From positions 12,028 through 76,027 of the forward strand of contig CAWKAM010000009.1 of assembly GCA_963847605.1 (NCBI GenBank): a DNA stretch of 64,000 nucleotides. Direction: 5' to 3'. Positions within the stretch are counted from its first letter, which is position 1, and every line of letters starts with the position of its first letter. The notes beneath the pieces are model-generated. The model was not told the DNA's origin, did no database searches, and saw only the letters and a list, made by a program, of their open reading frames with translations. This DNA is from an uncultured delta proteobacterium (lineage in GTDB: Bacteria > Desulfobacterota > Desulfomonilia > UBA1062). This document shows positions 51,861 through 62,341 of this stretch, piece by piece. Both the position numbers and the translations under genes were made by a program.

Positions 51861-53444
51861 TCATTTAAGCGCGCTCAACTTTTTTCTATCTATCTTTCCG
51901 GATGAAGTTGTAGGCAGGGAGTCGCGGAATTCAATAATCTCCGGGATCATGTACTTCGGCAGTTGTCTGGAACAATACTTCAGAATGTCTTCCTTTTCGA
52001 TCTTACCTGGTGTCAATGGAACTATGACCGCCGAGATTCTATTCCCTATTAGCTCGTCCGGGATCGGGATGATAACGGCATTCTTAATATCCGGATGATT
52101 GCACAGGACAGTTTCAATTTCTCCGATCTCAATCCTGTACCCCCGGCTTTTTATCATATGATCTTTCCGGCCAAGGAAAACATAGTTTCCATCAGTATCC
52201 AGGCGGACCAAATCGCCGGTTCTGTAAACTATTTCATTCAAGTCAGGCCTGAGGGGGTTTTTCACAAAGCACTCTTGACTTTTTTCAATATCGTCCCAAT
52301 ATCCTGCTGCAACCGAAGCAGCCCTCACATATAATTCTCCTTTTTCTCCAGGCTTTTTAACCTTTTTTCCCTCTTCGTCCAGGGCAAAAATCTCGAAATT
52401 CGGGAATGATCTACCTATTGGAAGTACTGCTGCGTCATCCGATGGAATTTGTTCAACCCGATAATACATTGAAGAATTCGCTTCCGTTTGTCCGTATATA
52501 TTGTAAAATTTCCCTCCGGGGACTGCTTTCTGGACTCGCCGCAGATATTTTATGGGGAATACCTCACCTGCGAACAGAATCAATCGTAGAGAAGAAAAAT
52601 CATACTTATCCAGATTCGTAAAGTTCGCCAAAAGAGTGAGCGCCGACGGCACCGAATTCCATACCGAGATTTTTTTCTTCTCTATGTATTCAGCCAGCTG
52701 AGACGGAAAGATGGACGTGCTCTCTGGGATGATGACAACAGAAGCCCCTGCCTTGAATGCAACGAAGATGTCAAACACGGACATGTCAAAGTGCAGGGGG
52801 CAGATGTTGGAAACCCTGTCATTCGTTTCTATTCCAAAAAAGTCATGCACCGAATTCACAAATGTCAAAGAGTTGCGATGCGATATCATGACCCCTTTGG
52901 GATTGCCTGTTGACCCGGAAGTAAAGAGGATATACGCTAAATCCGAATCTATCGTGTTCATGCATGGAGTCTCACTCCTTGCAGCCTCCCTCATCTGATG
53001 CCAGTCAATCAATTTCACGGATCCGAGTGACCCGGAATCTGAATCCAAGCCATTCATGACAAGAACACTTTCCAAAGGCGATGATCCGGGAAACGCCCGC
53101 TCTACATTTGTCAGCTTTTCTTGAGAAGTTAACAGCAACTTAATTCCACATCTGTTGACAATATAACTGAGACGGCTGAGCGGGCACATGGGATCTATGG
53201 GAACATACGTGGCCCCTGCTTTCAGGATCCCCAAAGCCCCGGCTATTGAATTTATGCTCCTGTTCATGTGTATCCCGACCCGTGCCCCTCTTTCTATGCC
53301 GATTTCTGAGAGACAATGAGCCAGTTTGTCGGTTTCCTTCTCCAATTCGGCATAGGTTATGGACTTGTCTTTAAAAGCCAATGCCTCCTTTTCCGGATAT
53401 TTCGCCGCACTCTCAGACAATAATTGGTGCAGTAGGTAGACCAT
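51861..53444 (-). CDS. AMP-dependent ligase, DltA-like carrier-protein ligase / adenylation enzyme
   Basis: 'YILFTSGSTGNPKGVMISHRN', 'FDMSVFDIF' and C-terminal 'SSGKIDRKKL' closely parallel DltA landmarks (from memory). Confidence 0.8.
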   Translation of the reverse strand: MVYLLHQLLSESAAKYPEKEALAFKDKSITYAELEKETDKLAHCLSEIGIERGARVGIHMNRSINSIAGALGILKAGATYVPIDPMCPLSRLSYIVNRCGIKLLLTSQEKLTNVERAFPGSSPLESVLVMNGLDSDSGSLGSVKLIDWHQMREAARSETPCMNTIDSDLAYILFTSGSTGNPKGVMISHRNSLTFVNSVHDFFGIETNDRVSNICPLHFDMSVFDIFVAFKAGASVVIIPESTSIFPSQLAEYIEKKKISVWNSVPSALTLLANFTNLDKYDFSSLRLILFAGEVFPIKYLRRVQKAVPGGKFYNIYGQTEANSSMYYRVEQIPSDDAAVLPIGRSFPNFEIFALDEEGKKVKKPGEKGELYVRAASVAAGYWDDIEKSQECFVKNPLRPDLNEIVYRTGDLVRLDTDGNYVFLGRKDHMIKSRGYRIEIGEIETVLCNHPDIKNAVIIPIPDELIGNRISAVIVPLTPGKIEKEDILKYCSRQLPKYMIPEIIEFRDSLPTTSSGKIDRKKLSALK

Positions 53445-53694
53445 CCTTATAACCTCCCTAAGAAATAATTCTGCTCATCGAACGTGTTTGGGGGAAACTG
53501 GACGTACTATCTGACGGGGCAATGCATGCCTCTGTTTGGTGGAAACCACTGAAAATCAAATTGAGTGGATGTGATTAATAAATTTTAGATGCGGCCACAG
53601 CCGGGCTCCGTGCCCTACTCTACCCCATTTGTCTCATATGGATGTCACCTTTGCTTCATTATCCCGGGTTACCAAGACCACCATTAATACTCTT

Positions 53695-56600
53695 TTATTG
53701 GGCCGGCTGTAAGGTGGCATACAAGGACCAATGAACCGTGGCGCTTGTGGGCGATGTGGAGAAGGTGCCGGGCATATCCGCGTAGGTGTAGCTGTAAAAT
53801 CTGGCCGATCCTGTGAGCGCATCCCTGAAACCCAGGCTGTTGCTTGATGGGAGATAGGCCAGCCAGTATGTACCCGCCGGCAGCGACACTTGTGAAATTA
53901 CATTCGCAGTGTTCCATCCGCTTACCGGTGTAAATGAGGCTGTCCGGGCTTTGAGAGTTCCAGGGCCACCGTTGGGTCCGGTGGCGTCATAGATACCCAG
54001 CTCCAGGCTGCCAGCCGCGGTCGTGACGTAGAAACTCATGCTCACTACAGTGCCGGTTTGCCCGAGGCTCGCCTGCTGGGCAATAAGCCCATTGCCATTC
54101 CCATTATCGTTGGTGCTCAGGATGCTGGTTTCTCCAATGGTAAAGGAACTGGCTGCCGTGACGGTCACGCTGGCCGTTCCGCTCACACCACCGCTCGCGG
54201 CGGTAACCGTGTACGGCCCACCCGCCGTGCTGCCTGCGGTGAAAAGGCCACTGCTCGTGATCGTTCCACCACCACTCACCGTCCAGCTGAAGCTGGGCTG
54301 CGGCACCATGGCGTTACCCGACTGATCATTCGCCGTCGCGGTGAACTGCTGTGTTCCATTCACCGCTACACTGGCCGATGACGGTGTTACGCTGATGCTG
54401 GTTAGGATCGAGCCCGTCCCGGCGAAGCTCGCCGCGATCGTATGGTTGCTGCTGACACTGCTGAAGGTATAGGTACCCACCGCTCCAACCGATGCCCCGT
54501 CAACGGTAACGGCGCTGATGGCATATCCGCTGCTGGCCGTGATGGTGAAGGTCTTGCTTGACCCGCTACTCACCGAGACGCTCCCCGAGGGGGAGATAGA
54601 CCCGCCCGTGCCTGCAGTGGCGGTAATGGTATAGGTCTGGGCAGCAACAAAGCTCGCCGCGATCGTATGGTTGCTCCTGACACTGCTGAAGGTATAGGTA
54701 CCCACCGCTCCCACCGATGCCCCGTCAACGGTAACGGCGCTGATGGCATATCCGCTGCTGGCCGTGATGGTGAAGGTCTTGCTTGACCCGCTACTCACCG
54801 AGACGCTCCCCGAGGGGGAGATAGACCCGCCCGTGCCTGCAGTGGCGGTAATGGTATAGGTCTGGGCAGCAACGAAGCTCGCCGCGATCGTATGGTTGCT
54901 CCTGACACTGCTGAAGGTATAGGTACTCACAGCTCCCACCGATGTCCCATCCACGGTAACTGAGCTGATAGTATATCCGCTCTTCGCAGTGATGGTGAAG
55001 GTCTTGCTTGACCCCCCACTCACCGAGACGCTTCCCGAGGGAGAAATGGTGCCGCCTGTGCCTGCGGTGGCGGTGATGGTGTAGGTCTGGACAGCGAAGC
55101 TTGCCTTGATCGTATGTTTGGCTGTCACGTTACTGAAGGTATAGGACCCCACCTTACCCACCGATTTCCCATCCACGGTAACGGAGCTGATGGCATATCC
55201 GCTGTTCGGTGTGATGGTGAAGGTCTGATTTGACCCTGAATTCACCGAGACGCTCCCCGAGGGGGAGATGGACCCGCCCGTGCCTGCGGTGGCGGTGATG
55301 GTGTAGGTCGTGGTAGCAACGAAATTCGCAGCGATACTATGGTTGCTGGTTACGTTTGTGAAGGTATAGGAACTCACCGCTCCTACCGATGTCCCATCCA
55401 CGAGAACTGAGCTGATGGCATATCCGCTGTTCGATGTGATGGTGAAGGTCTGGTTTGATCCTCCACTCACCGATACGCTTCCCATGGGGGAGATGGAACC
55501 GCCTGAGCCTGCGGTTGCAGTAATAATAATTGACCCATGATCAGGAAACAGGCTCGTAAATGTATATGTCTGTGGCTGAACATTCGCTGCGGTTTGAACA
55601 CTGCCATTAACGATTGTGGCAAATGAGACATCAAAATCCATCGTGTTTGGCCGGACTACAGTGGTCATTATTGTCGGGGCTACAATATCGGCAACTTCCT
55701 CCAGAAGATACCATGACTCCAAAGAATCCACAACTTTATCGCCGGCACTATAAAGACTGATCAGTCCATTATTCAACGTGTTGTAACGCGTGATGGTATC
55801 ACCCGATGAAGGGGGTGGGCTTATCTCAATAAAGTGATTCGTGGCTATGATTTGGTCGTAGTTGGGATTAGTATACGCGGCCCAGCGGATTAAAGCCCCC
55901 AAGATAGGAGAATTTTCAATGTAATAAACAGGATCGCTGGACCCTTGGTAGGGACTGCCGATCAGGATAATAGTCGGCGTGTAACTATATACCGAATTTA
56001 CAATAGACAGCGGTTGAGTTAAGTAACTGTCATATGTAGTGTTCTCAAGAATATAGCGGAGAGTTTCAGTTATTGGATGGAATGGTCCATTGCTGGTTGC
56101 ATTGTTGCCATTGCCTGAATTCACCATCACGACGATGCCGTCTTCGTTCATGCCCGATGTAACACCAAACCAGCCGGGCCAGCCAAAGGAAACAAGCTTT
56201 GGCATGCCGGTCGGCTCGTAGGTGATCAGCATCTGGTCTTTGAGAAGATTTCCTTGACTATCATAGGGAAAGTCATAATCTCTTGCTACAATCGTATCTC
56301 CGTTTCCAGTCGAGTTTCCCCAAACGCCGAAAGAGGAGCAGCTGAACCAATATTCAACAAAGAGGTTGAGGCACTCGATGTCCAGAGCACCGATATTTCT
56401 CCCCAGACTCGTAACATAGAGATTTTTGCCGCTGGCATTCATGCCATCCACCATGCCGCTTATTTCGTCCAGATATTGAGGGAAAAAGGTATGAACGGTG
56501 GGGATCAGGGTAAGACGATTGTTATAATCCGAAACATTGCCGTTGGCTATCACACCGATCAACCAGGTATCAATCAGGTCGCGGATCTTATCAGCCATCA

Positions 56601-56796
56601 AGTAGCCATGGGCATAACCCATCTCATAATATGAACCCCAGAGGTTGAGAACATTCTGATTGCCGACTTTCTCGAAACTGCCATTGATCGACGTTTGAGC
56701 TAAAGATTCATCTATAAAGCCATTCCCAAAAACAAGAAAACAAGAAAATAACAATAAAAGAAATGGCTTCAACACTCTCCTATGAAAAATTATCAT
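53695..56796 (-). CDS. Large secreted multidomain protein: Ntn-hydrolase (C45/choloylglycine-hydrolase-like) domain + 6 tandem 75-aa repeats + Big_2-like domain
   Basis: GGGAGG RBS and signal peptide 'MIIFHRRVLKPFLLLLFSCFLVFG'. 'YEMGYAHGY' and 'CSSFGVWG...ARDYDFP' suggest an Ntn-hydrolase Cys nucleophile. 'SISVTPSSASVAVNGTQQFTATANDQSGN' is Big_2-like. Confidence 0.6.
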   Translation of the reverse strand: MIIFHRRVLKPFLLLLFSCFLVFGNGFIDESLAQTSINGSFEKVGNQNVLNLWGSYYEMGYAHGYLMADKIRDLIDTWLIGVIANGNVSDYNNRLTLIPTVHTFFPQYLDEISGMVDGMNASGKNLYVTSLGRNIGALDIECLNLFVEYWFSCSSFGVWGNSTGNGDTIVARDYDFPYDSQGNLLKDQMLITYEPTGMPKLVSFGWPGWFGVTSGMNEDGIVVMVNSGNGNNATSNGPFHPITETLRYILENTTYDSYLTQPLSIVNSVYSYTPTIILIGSPYQGSSDPVYYIENSPILGALIRWAAYTNPNYDQIIATNHFIEISPPPSSGDTITRYNTLNNGLISLYSAGDKVVDSLESWYLLEEVADIVAPTIMTTVVRPNTMDFDVSFATIVNGSVQTAANVQPQTYTFTSLFPDHGSIIITATAGSGGSISPMGSVSVSGGSNQTFTITSNSGYAISSVLVDGTSVGAVSSYTFTNVTSNHSIAANFVATTTYTITATAGTGGSISPSGSVSVNSGSNQTFTITPNSGYAISSVTVDGKSVGKVGSYTFSNVTAKHTIKASFAVQTYTITATAGTGGTISPSGSVSVSGGSSKTFTITAKSGYTISSVTVDGTSVGAVSTYTFSSVRSNHTIAASFVAAQTYTITATAGTGGSISPSGSVSVSSGSSKTFTITASSGYAISAVTVDGASVGAVGTYTFSSVRSNHTIAASFVAAQTYTITATAGTGGSISPSGSVSVSSGSSKTFTITASSGYAISAVTVDGASVGAVGTYTFSSVSSNHTIAASFAGTGSILTSISVTPSSASVAVNGTQQFTATANDQSGNAMVPQPSFSWTVSGGGTITSSGLFTAGSTAGGPYTVTAASGGVSGTASVTVTAASSFTIGETSILSTNDNGNGNGLIAQQASLGQTGTVVSMSFYVTTAAGSLELGIYDATGPNGGPGTLKARTASFTPVSGWNTANVISQVSLPAGTYWLAYLPSSNSLGFRDALTGSARFYSYTYADMPGTFSTSPTSATVHWSLYATLQPAQ

Positions 56797-57213
56797 GGCA
56801 GGTCCTCCCTTTCCCGTAAGGAACTTCAAAGAGATCCTTGTGATCCAAATTCATAATAATACCTTGTCTCCTGTAAAACAAGCCCCTCACAAGTGCCTGA
56901 ACGAATAATGTGCGTTTATCATTTATTATAATCTACCTCTTTATATTTTATTATAAAATATATCTTTTGTCAATATTTATTTTACTATTCTTAAATCAAA
57001 ACCCTTCATAAAAGAATCTAAAATATTGAAAAGATACAATGAGAACAGTAGCCGTATTACTGATATGCACCATAATATAACGCAATGGAGGTGCCAAGGG
57101 CCGTAATTGTCCAACATAATGATTATACTTATAAATAAATCTTAACTTCGATTGCCGATTATTGGGTAAGTGAAAAGAAATGCCCATTTTCCGTAAGGGA
57201 TTCCCAATATTTA

Positions 57214-58359
57214 TTAAAGCCCCAAGTACCGGGCGATGATATTCCTCTGTATCTCAGAGGTCCCGGAATAGAGAGTACTTCCAATGGAATCTCGTAAATC
57301 GCGTTCCAATTCATATTCAGTGGTATAACCGTAACCCCCGTGAATCTGAATGGCATCAAGGCAAGACTTTATCCATGATTCACTCAGATAAAGCTTTGTG
57401 ATGGCAGCCTCCATGGTCGCCTTGCCATGGGTCTTCTTCATCCAGGCCAGTTTGTATAACATCAGTCTGGCCGTTTCCATTCTCACCTTCATGTCAACGA
57501 TCTTATTGGCAACAGACTGATACTTACCGATTGATTTACCAAATTGCTTCCGTTCCTTGGAATATTTTATACATCTCTCCAGTTGCCTTTCCATGCCACC
57601 CAGTAAACTGGCCAAAATGCAACTCCTCTCCCATTCTATTGAGTCATCGAATATTGCCGCACCATTGCCTTCTTTTCCAAGACGATTCTCTGCGGGAACT
57701 TTGCAATCTTCAAGAATCAATTCGGCAAAAGGAGCCGTTCGTAAACCCATTTTTCCTATGTCCTTGCTTACACAAAAACCAGGATAATCTCTTTCAATAA
57801 TGAATGCAGTCACACCCATAAATCCCTTCCGCTTATCTACAGTAGCAAATACTACAAATACATCGGCCAACGGCGCCATGGTGCAGAACGTTTTTGTCCC
57901 ATTTAAGATATAATAATTACCGTCCAACCTCGCTGTTGTTCGAAGGCTGTAGGCATCGGAACCCGAGTCCGGCTCGGTAATGCTGTCAGCTCCGATCAAT
58001 TCGCCACTGCAAAGTCTAGGTAAATACCTGTTTTTCTGTGCTTCGGAACCAAACTTCAATATCGGCATTTGAACGGACCACATCTGGCCGTTGATTGCGA
58101 ATATCAACCCACTGTCTTTGCATCCATATCCCAATCCTTCCATGAGGAGCAGGGTGCTCATGATATCAGCGTTGTTTCCTCCGTACTGTTCCGGAAACGC
58201 AGAGCCCTGTATTCCGAAATTTGCACATTTTTTCCAGAGTTCACGGGGGAAGACAGCATCTCTGTCCCTTTCAATGACCCCATCGTTGAGCGCCTTCTGA
58301 GCAAAACGGATAGCCCTTTCCTTGTATTCTAACTGCTCTTTGCTAAATTCAAAATCCAT
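57214..58359 (-). CDS. Acyl-CoA/acyl-ACP dehydrogenase family protein
   Basis: 381 aa. ACAD fold with C-terminal 'IYSGTSEIQRNIIAR' signature. Confidence 0.85.
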   Translation of the reverse strand: MDFEFSKEQLEYKERAIRFAQKALNDGVIERDRDAVFPRELWKKCANFGIQGSAFPEQYGGNNADIMSTLLLMEGLGYGCKDSGLIFAINGQMWSVQMPILKFGSEAQKNRYLPRLCSGELIGADSITEPDSGSDAYSLRTTARLDGNYYILNGTKTFCTMAPLADVFVVFATVDKRKGFMGVTAFIIERDYPGFCVSKDIGKMGLRTAPFAELILEDCKVPAENRLGKEGNGAAIFDDSIEWERSCILASLLGGMERQLERCIKYSKERKQFGKSIGKYQSVANKIVDMKVRMETARLMLYKLAWMKKTHGKATMEAAITKLYLSESWIKSCLDAIQIHGGYGYTTEYELERDLRDSIGSTLYSGTSEIQRNIIARYLGL

Positions 58360-58605
58360 AATGTCACCTCATTCTCCATTTCTTTGCATCATAAGGTATT
58401 ACTGCTAAAATCTTAAGGATTCTTATATGCTGGAATATCTTTGACTAAAAGCCTTCTTACAATACATTTTAAACAGACCACCGTTCAGAGGGTTTTTTCT
58501 TTCTCCCGGGATTGTCAAAAACCTGAAGTCATTATGGCTGAGCCGGTGGCTTGCCCGGATTACGTATCTGTGTAAGAGTGCATGACTTTAGACCATAAGT
58601 GTAAA

Positions 58606-58857
58606 CTACTTATTCCCCATTTTCTGTTCGACAAACTTGACCATGTTATTAAGAGTTTGAAAGTTCTCTGGGACGATTTCATCGTCAGTGACAGCTATAC
58701 TAAAGGTTTCCTCCATAAAAAGTATCAACTTCATGATCCCTAAAGAATCAATAATTCCCTTCTCAAGAAGATCTTCATCAGGTGTCAGGGATTTTTTATC
58801 AAGATTGACAGCAATCTCATTAATCAAAAATCTTTCAAGATCTTTTATAATGCTCAT
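58606..58857 (-). CDS. Acyl/aminoacyl carrier protein
   Basis: 83 aa. 'GIIDSLGIMKL' phosphopantetheine-attachment Ser. Confidence 0.85.
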   Translation of the reverse strand: MSIIKDLERFLINEIAVNLDKKSLTPDEDLLEKGIIDSLGIMKLILFMEETFSIAVTDDEIVPENFQTLNNMVKFVEQKMGNK

Positions 58858-59027
58858 TGGAATATCACCTCACTTTTTATATATTCGTAGATATACATTT
58901 TCTCAATAATTATTGTTACTATATTCCTCTTATAATTTAAGCATATTCAATAACTTGTACTATCCTCAATTAAGATGTTTTCCTCTTGATTCATTTCTAA
59001 TCTAAAAGACGCAACAGCCATTATGAC

Positions 59028-59921
59028 CTACACACCTTCAGGAAAGATTCCAAAAGCTTCAACATACTGACTTGGACGCCACGACGGTCCTCTTACCATG
59101 AGAATATCTATACAATAGAGTTTAAAGCCCAACTCTTGAAGTGCTTTAACAAGCATAAAATCTCTAGCCATGACACGCGTTCGACAAGATCGCTTTTTGA
59201 AAGTTTCTAGTGCCTGTCGAAACAAAAACTCAGCTTCCTCTTCTCCTTCGGCAAGCAAGGGACCGAGCTGAACCCCTCTCGGTCCGGGAAGACATGCCAG
59301 ATAACCTTTGATATGCGAGTGACTTCGATAAACAAAAATCTTGCCCCACCGGGAAAAATATCTGAGGTCTGTTCGTCGGTCAAATTTACTTCGCGGAAAG
59401 TCATATGCACAAAGCTCATCGAGATCATTTGCGCTTAATTCGTTTACACTGCTGCAAAGATCCGGATTCCGTTCAACTCCCTTATCCAGGATTAAATCCA
59501 TTAGAGTTGCCACTGGCATATACTTGAATGAATATAGGAAAGAAAAGGTTTCAGGATTGTAGGCCTCCTGGATACATCTCGTACTTTGCAACCCTTCCAC
59601 CCTCTTGAAACAAGCATTCATGAGTTCCCGTCCAACACCACCGCCTTGAGAATAAGGATCAATGGCAAGAGGTCCATGACCTCCATTTTCACCCCTTGGG
59701 TTCAGACAAATTATTCCTACGACCCGATCCCCCACCTCAGCAACCAAACGTACACACGGTCCATGGTGGAGCATTGCCCAGGCCCAGGACTTTCCTTCAT
59801 TGACACTCTGTATTTGCGGGGCATAACCATATTTCAATGCATTTTTATTAAACGCTTCATGAAAAATTTCTCCTACCCGGTCTATATCCGCCTTAGTCAT
59901 ATCACGTATTTGAGGCCTCAT
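59028..59921 (-). CDS. GNAT-family N-acyltransferase
   Basis: AAGGAG RBS before the internal Met. 'VGIICLNP...GPLAIDPYSQGGGVGRELM' acyl-CoA-binding GNAT core. Confidence 0.65.
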   Translation of the reverse strand: MRPQIRDMTKADIDRVGEIFHEAFNKNALKYGYAPQIQSVNEGKSWAWAMLHHGPCVRLVAEVGDRVVGIICLNPRGENGGHGPLAIDPYSQGGGVGRELMNACFKRVEGLQSTRCIQEAYNPETFSFLYSFKYMPVATLMDLILDKGVERNPDLCSSVNELSANDLDELCAYDFPRSKFDRRTDLRYFSRWGKIFVYRSHSHIKGYLACLPGPRGVQLGPLLAEGEEEAEFLFRQALETFKKRSCRTRVMARDFMLVKALQELGFKLYCIDILMVRGPSWRPSQYVEAFGIFPEGV

Positions 59922-60137
59922 CGTAATCTCCTTAACGTTACATAACAATTAACCTCAATCTGCTTGGAAAAACCTTTAAGACCCTCAATCTTTAAAACTT
60001 TGAACACACGCCCCATAAATATATTGCTTTGATCGATCACAAACAGAAAACTCCTTTCTGTTTAGACACCTATCAGTTTAGTCCGAAAGTCATTCTTTGA
60101 ATAATTTGATGAGTAACGTATTATCTTTGTTCGTTTT

Positions 60138-61172
60138 TTAGACTTTATATCCACGCAGGAAACTATTTGTGTTAAGATAAGTCATAGCGCAGAATTCTAT
60201 GTTTCTGAAGCCAGCTTCTTGGAACCAACGTGTAGTTTCCACCTGAGAGTGGTTCTTTCCTTCAGCTGTAACACAAAGCATCATAAGATCCAGGAAGATC
60301 GGCCATCTTCCGCCAAGACGATCGTCCCGTAGATATTGGGCCTGAATAACCAGTGACCCGCCATAATTAATGGAGTTATATAAGCGCTTAATGAGCATGC
60401 GGCTTGCATTCTCCCCTAGTCCATGCAGTGTGTTAGAGACAAGTATCATATCATACGAACCGGGAATATCATCTTTCAGAGCATCCAATGGCAGATATTG
60501 AATTTTGTTCTTGAGGGAGTATCTTGTCTGAACCTCTTTTGCATTTTCCAGAACCTCAGAGAGGTCCAGAAGATAGAGCTCTAAGTCTGGGTTATACATA
60601 CCTAAATGAAAGGCATATGTTCCAGGACCACAACCAAGATCAAGTAACGACTTACATCTATCCGTGCTAAGGAATTTGGCCAATTCCTTTCCCCGCAGTG
60701 AAGCATAGTTGTGCATACCCAGTGTGAATTCCCGCGTACTTTCTTTGTCACCCCTGACATGCTTTGACGGATCAATGGTTGGTCCAGATTTTAATATTGC
60801 TTCATCAAGTTTTGATAGTGCTGCATAAAAGATTTCCAAACTGCTGATCCAGTTGCCGATATAATGTTCACCGGCAGAAGGTGACAATACTGTGCGACAC
60901 ATTGGTGCTATGCTGAAATTGATGCCATCTGCGGATTCAAGTAGTTTCAAAACAACCCCTGCATTCAATAATCGCGAAAGTGTCTCCGGCCGTGTATGCA
61001 ACTCCTCGGCAAGCTCATGCAAAGTTTTACTACCATTGTCTATACGTTCAAAAACTTTCAGCTTTAACAAAGCAAACAAAATACTGGACTGATAAAATCC
61101 CTCTGCGATAGAGAGTACTGCAATTTGGTTTCTTTTAACTGTCAGGTCCGATATTGGTTCGTCTTGAGACAT
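60138..61172 (-). CDS. SAM-dependent O-methyltransferase (dimerisation domain + class I MTase)
   Basis: 'LLDLGCGPGTYAF' motif I. N-terminal winged-helix-like region. Confidence 0.75.
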   Translation of the reverse strand: MSQDEPISDLTVKRNQIAVLSIAEGFYQSSILFALLKLKVFERIDNGSKTLHELAEELHTRPETLSRLLNAGVVLKLLESADGINFSIAPMCRTVLSPSAGEHYIGNWISSLEIFYAALSKLDEAILKSGPTIDPSKHVRGDKESTREFTLGMHNYASLRGKELAKFLSTDRCKSLLDLGCGPGTYAFHLGMYNPDLELYLLDLSEVLENAKEVQTRYSLKNKIQYLPLDALKDDIPGSYDMILVSNTLHGLGENASRMLIKRLYNSINYGGSLVIQAQYLRDDRLGGRWPIFLDLMMLCVTAEGKNHSQVETTRWFQEAGFRNIEFCAMTYLNTNSFLRGYKV

Positions 61173-61186
61173 AGTACCCCCACTAA

Positions 61187-62188
61187 TCATTCAGTTAAGT
61201 TTTCCCATCGCTTGTTTCGCGTATTCCAGCGTCGGCCACTCCCAATCTCATATATGCTCTGTGTCGGGTTCTCTCCGATTGCGACTTCCAGTGTATCGAT
61301 CAGTTTATCCATCACATCAACATCATTGCCCGCCTCATTACCAATGTTGCGAATTGGAACTCCCCAGTCCAGCACTATAGTTCCATCACTCTCCAGAAGA
61401 GAAACGCAGCTAATGATTGGGCATTTAGCTAAACGAGCTAACTGTGCAGCCCCTGTTGAAAACACTCGGTTTTTATGTCCCGCAAAGGGTCTTTCGTAAG
61501 ATCCTGTCGGAGTTTTATGCCAGAGCGCGTCAACGGCCATGTAAACGACATTTTCTCGTTCGTAGAGCCGCTTATAAAGTGTCCTGGCAGTACGCAGGTC
61601 AGATCCCATAAATACGATTTCAATATCCCTTTTCCAGCAAGAAGATAAGGCCTGCAGCAATGCCCCATATTGAATACGAATACGCAGATCATAAAGGCTC
61701 CGAATTCGCTTCCGAGGTTCACTACCAACATTGATAGGGTGACCATAAGTGACGCCGGGAGAAAATATACTCAGACCAGGTTCTTTAGGAAAATGCGCAC
61801 TGGCTATGATGTACGAATCACCAGACTCCCTCAGACTGTTTATACCATCAACATTTTTCTCAACGATTCGCCAGTTGGACGGATCTTCGCGCCGGTAAAT
61901 CAAACGTTTAAGCTTGACGAAATCGCTCAGTGGCCTGGCCAGCCAGCCCCAGGCGAGAAAGAACGATTCAAGGCGGCCCTTTCCGAAAGCGCTTCGCATC
62001 TGCCAATATGCATGAAAGCCCGGTACTGGTAAAACCGCCAGTGATAGTGCAAGGGCATCGGCGATTCCCAGGGCCCATTTTCTCGGCAGTGCATACGCAG
62101 CCGGTGCAAGGATGAATTGCATACTCACAATGCGTATGAACTGTTCGACGTGGTAGCTTATCCGGATTATCTGTTCTCTCATATTCAT
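61187..62188 (-). CDS. Putative LpxL/HtrB-like membrane acyltransferase
   Basis: N-terminal hydrophobic anchor. 'YIIASAHFPKEPGL' resembles the lipid A late acyltransferase H-F/G-x-WE region. Weak call. Confidence 0.35.
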   Translation of the reverse strand: MNMREQIIRISYHVEQFIRIVSMQFILAPAAYALPRKWALGIADALALSLAVLPVPGFHAYWQMRSAFGKGRLESFFLAWGWLARPLSDFVKLKRLIYRREDPSNWRIVEKNVDGINSLRESGDSYIIASAHFPKEPGLSIFSPGVTYGHPINVGSEPRKRIRSLYDLRIRIQYGALLQALSSCWKRDIEIVFMGSDLRTARTLYKRLYERENVVYMAVDALWHKTPTGSYERPFAGHKNRVFSTGAAQLARLAKCPIISCVSLLESDGTIVLDWGVPIRNIGNEAGNDVDVMDKLIDTLEVAIGENPTQSIYEIGSGRRWNTRNKRWENLTE

Positions 62189-62341
62189 GTTGCCTTACAA
62201 TTATGTTTAACACATACAGCAGTCATTCATGGACTTTCTGAGTCTGCTCCAGTCTTGAAAACTTTGCACCCTTTCTTCTCACACAGCATCCACATAAAGG
62301 ATACATGATATTCCCAGCCCCGATAAGTTACCCATATCGAT

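Noticed and set aside
56797-56829. First 11 codons of the large surface-protein ORF
   Set aside because: The GGGAGG RBS lies inside this stretch and the signal peptide begins at the next Met.
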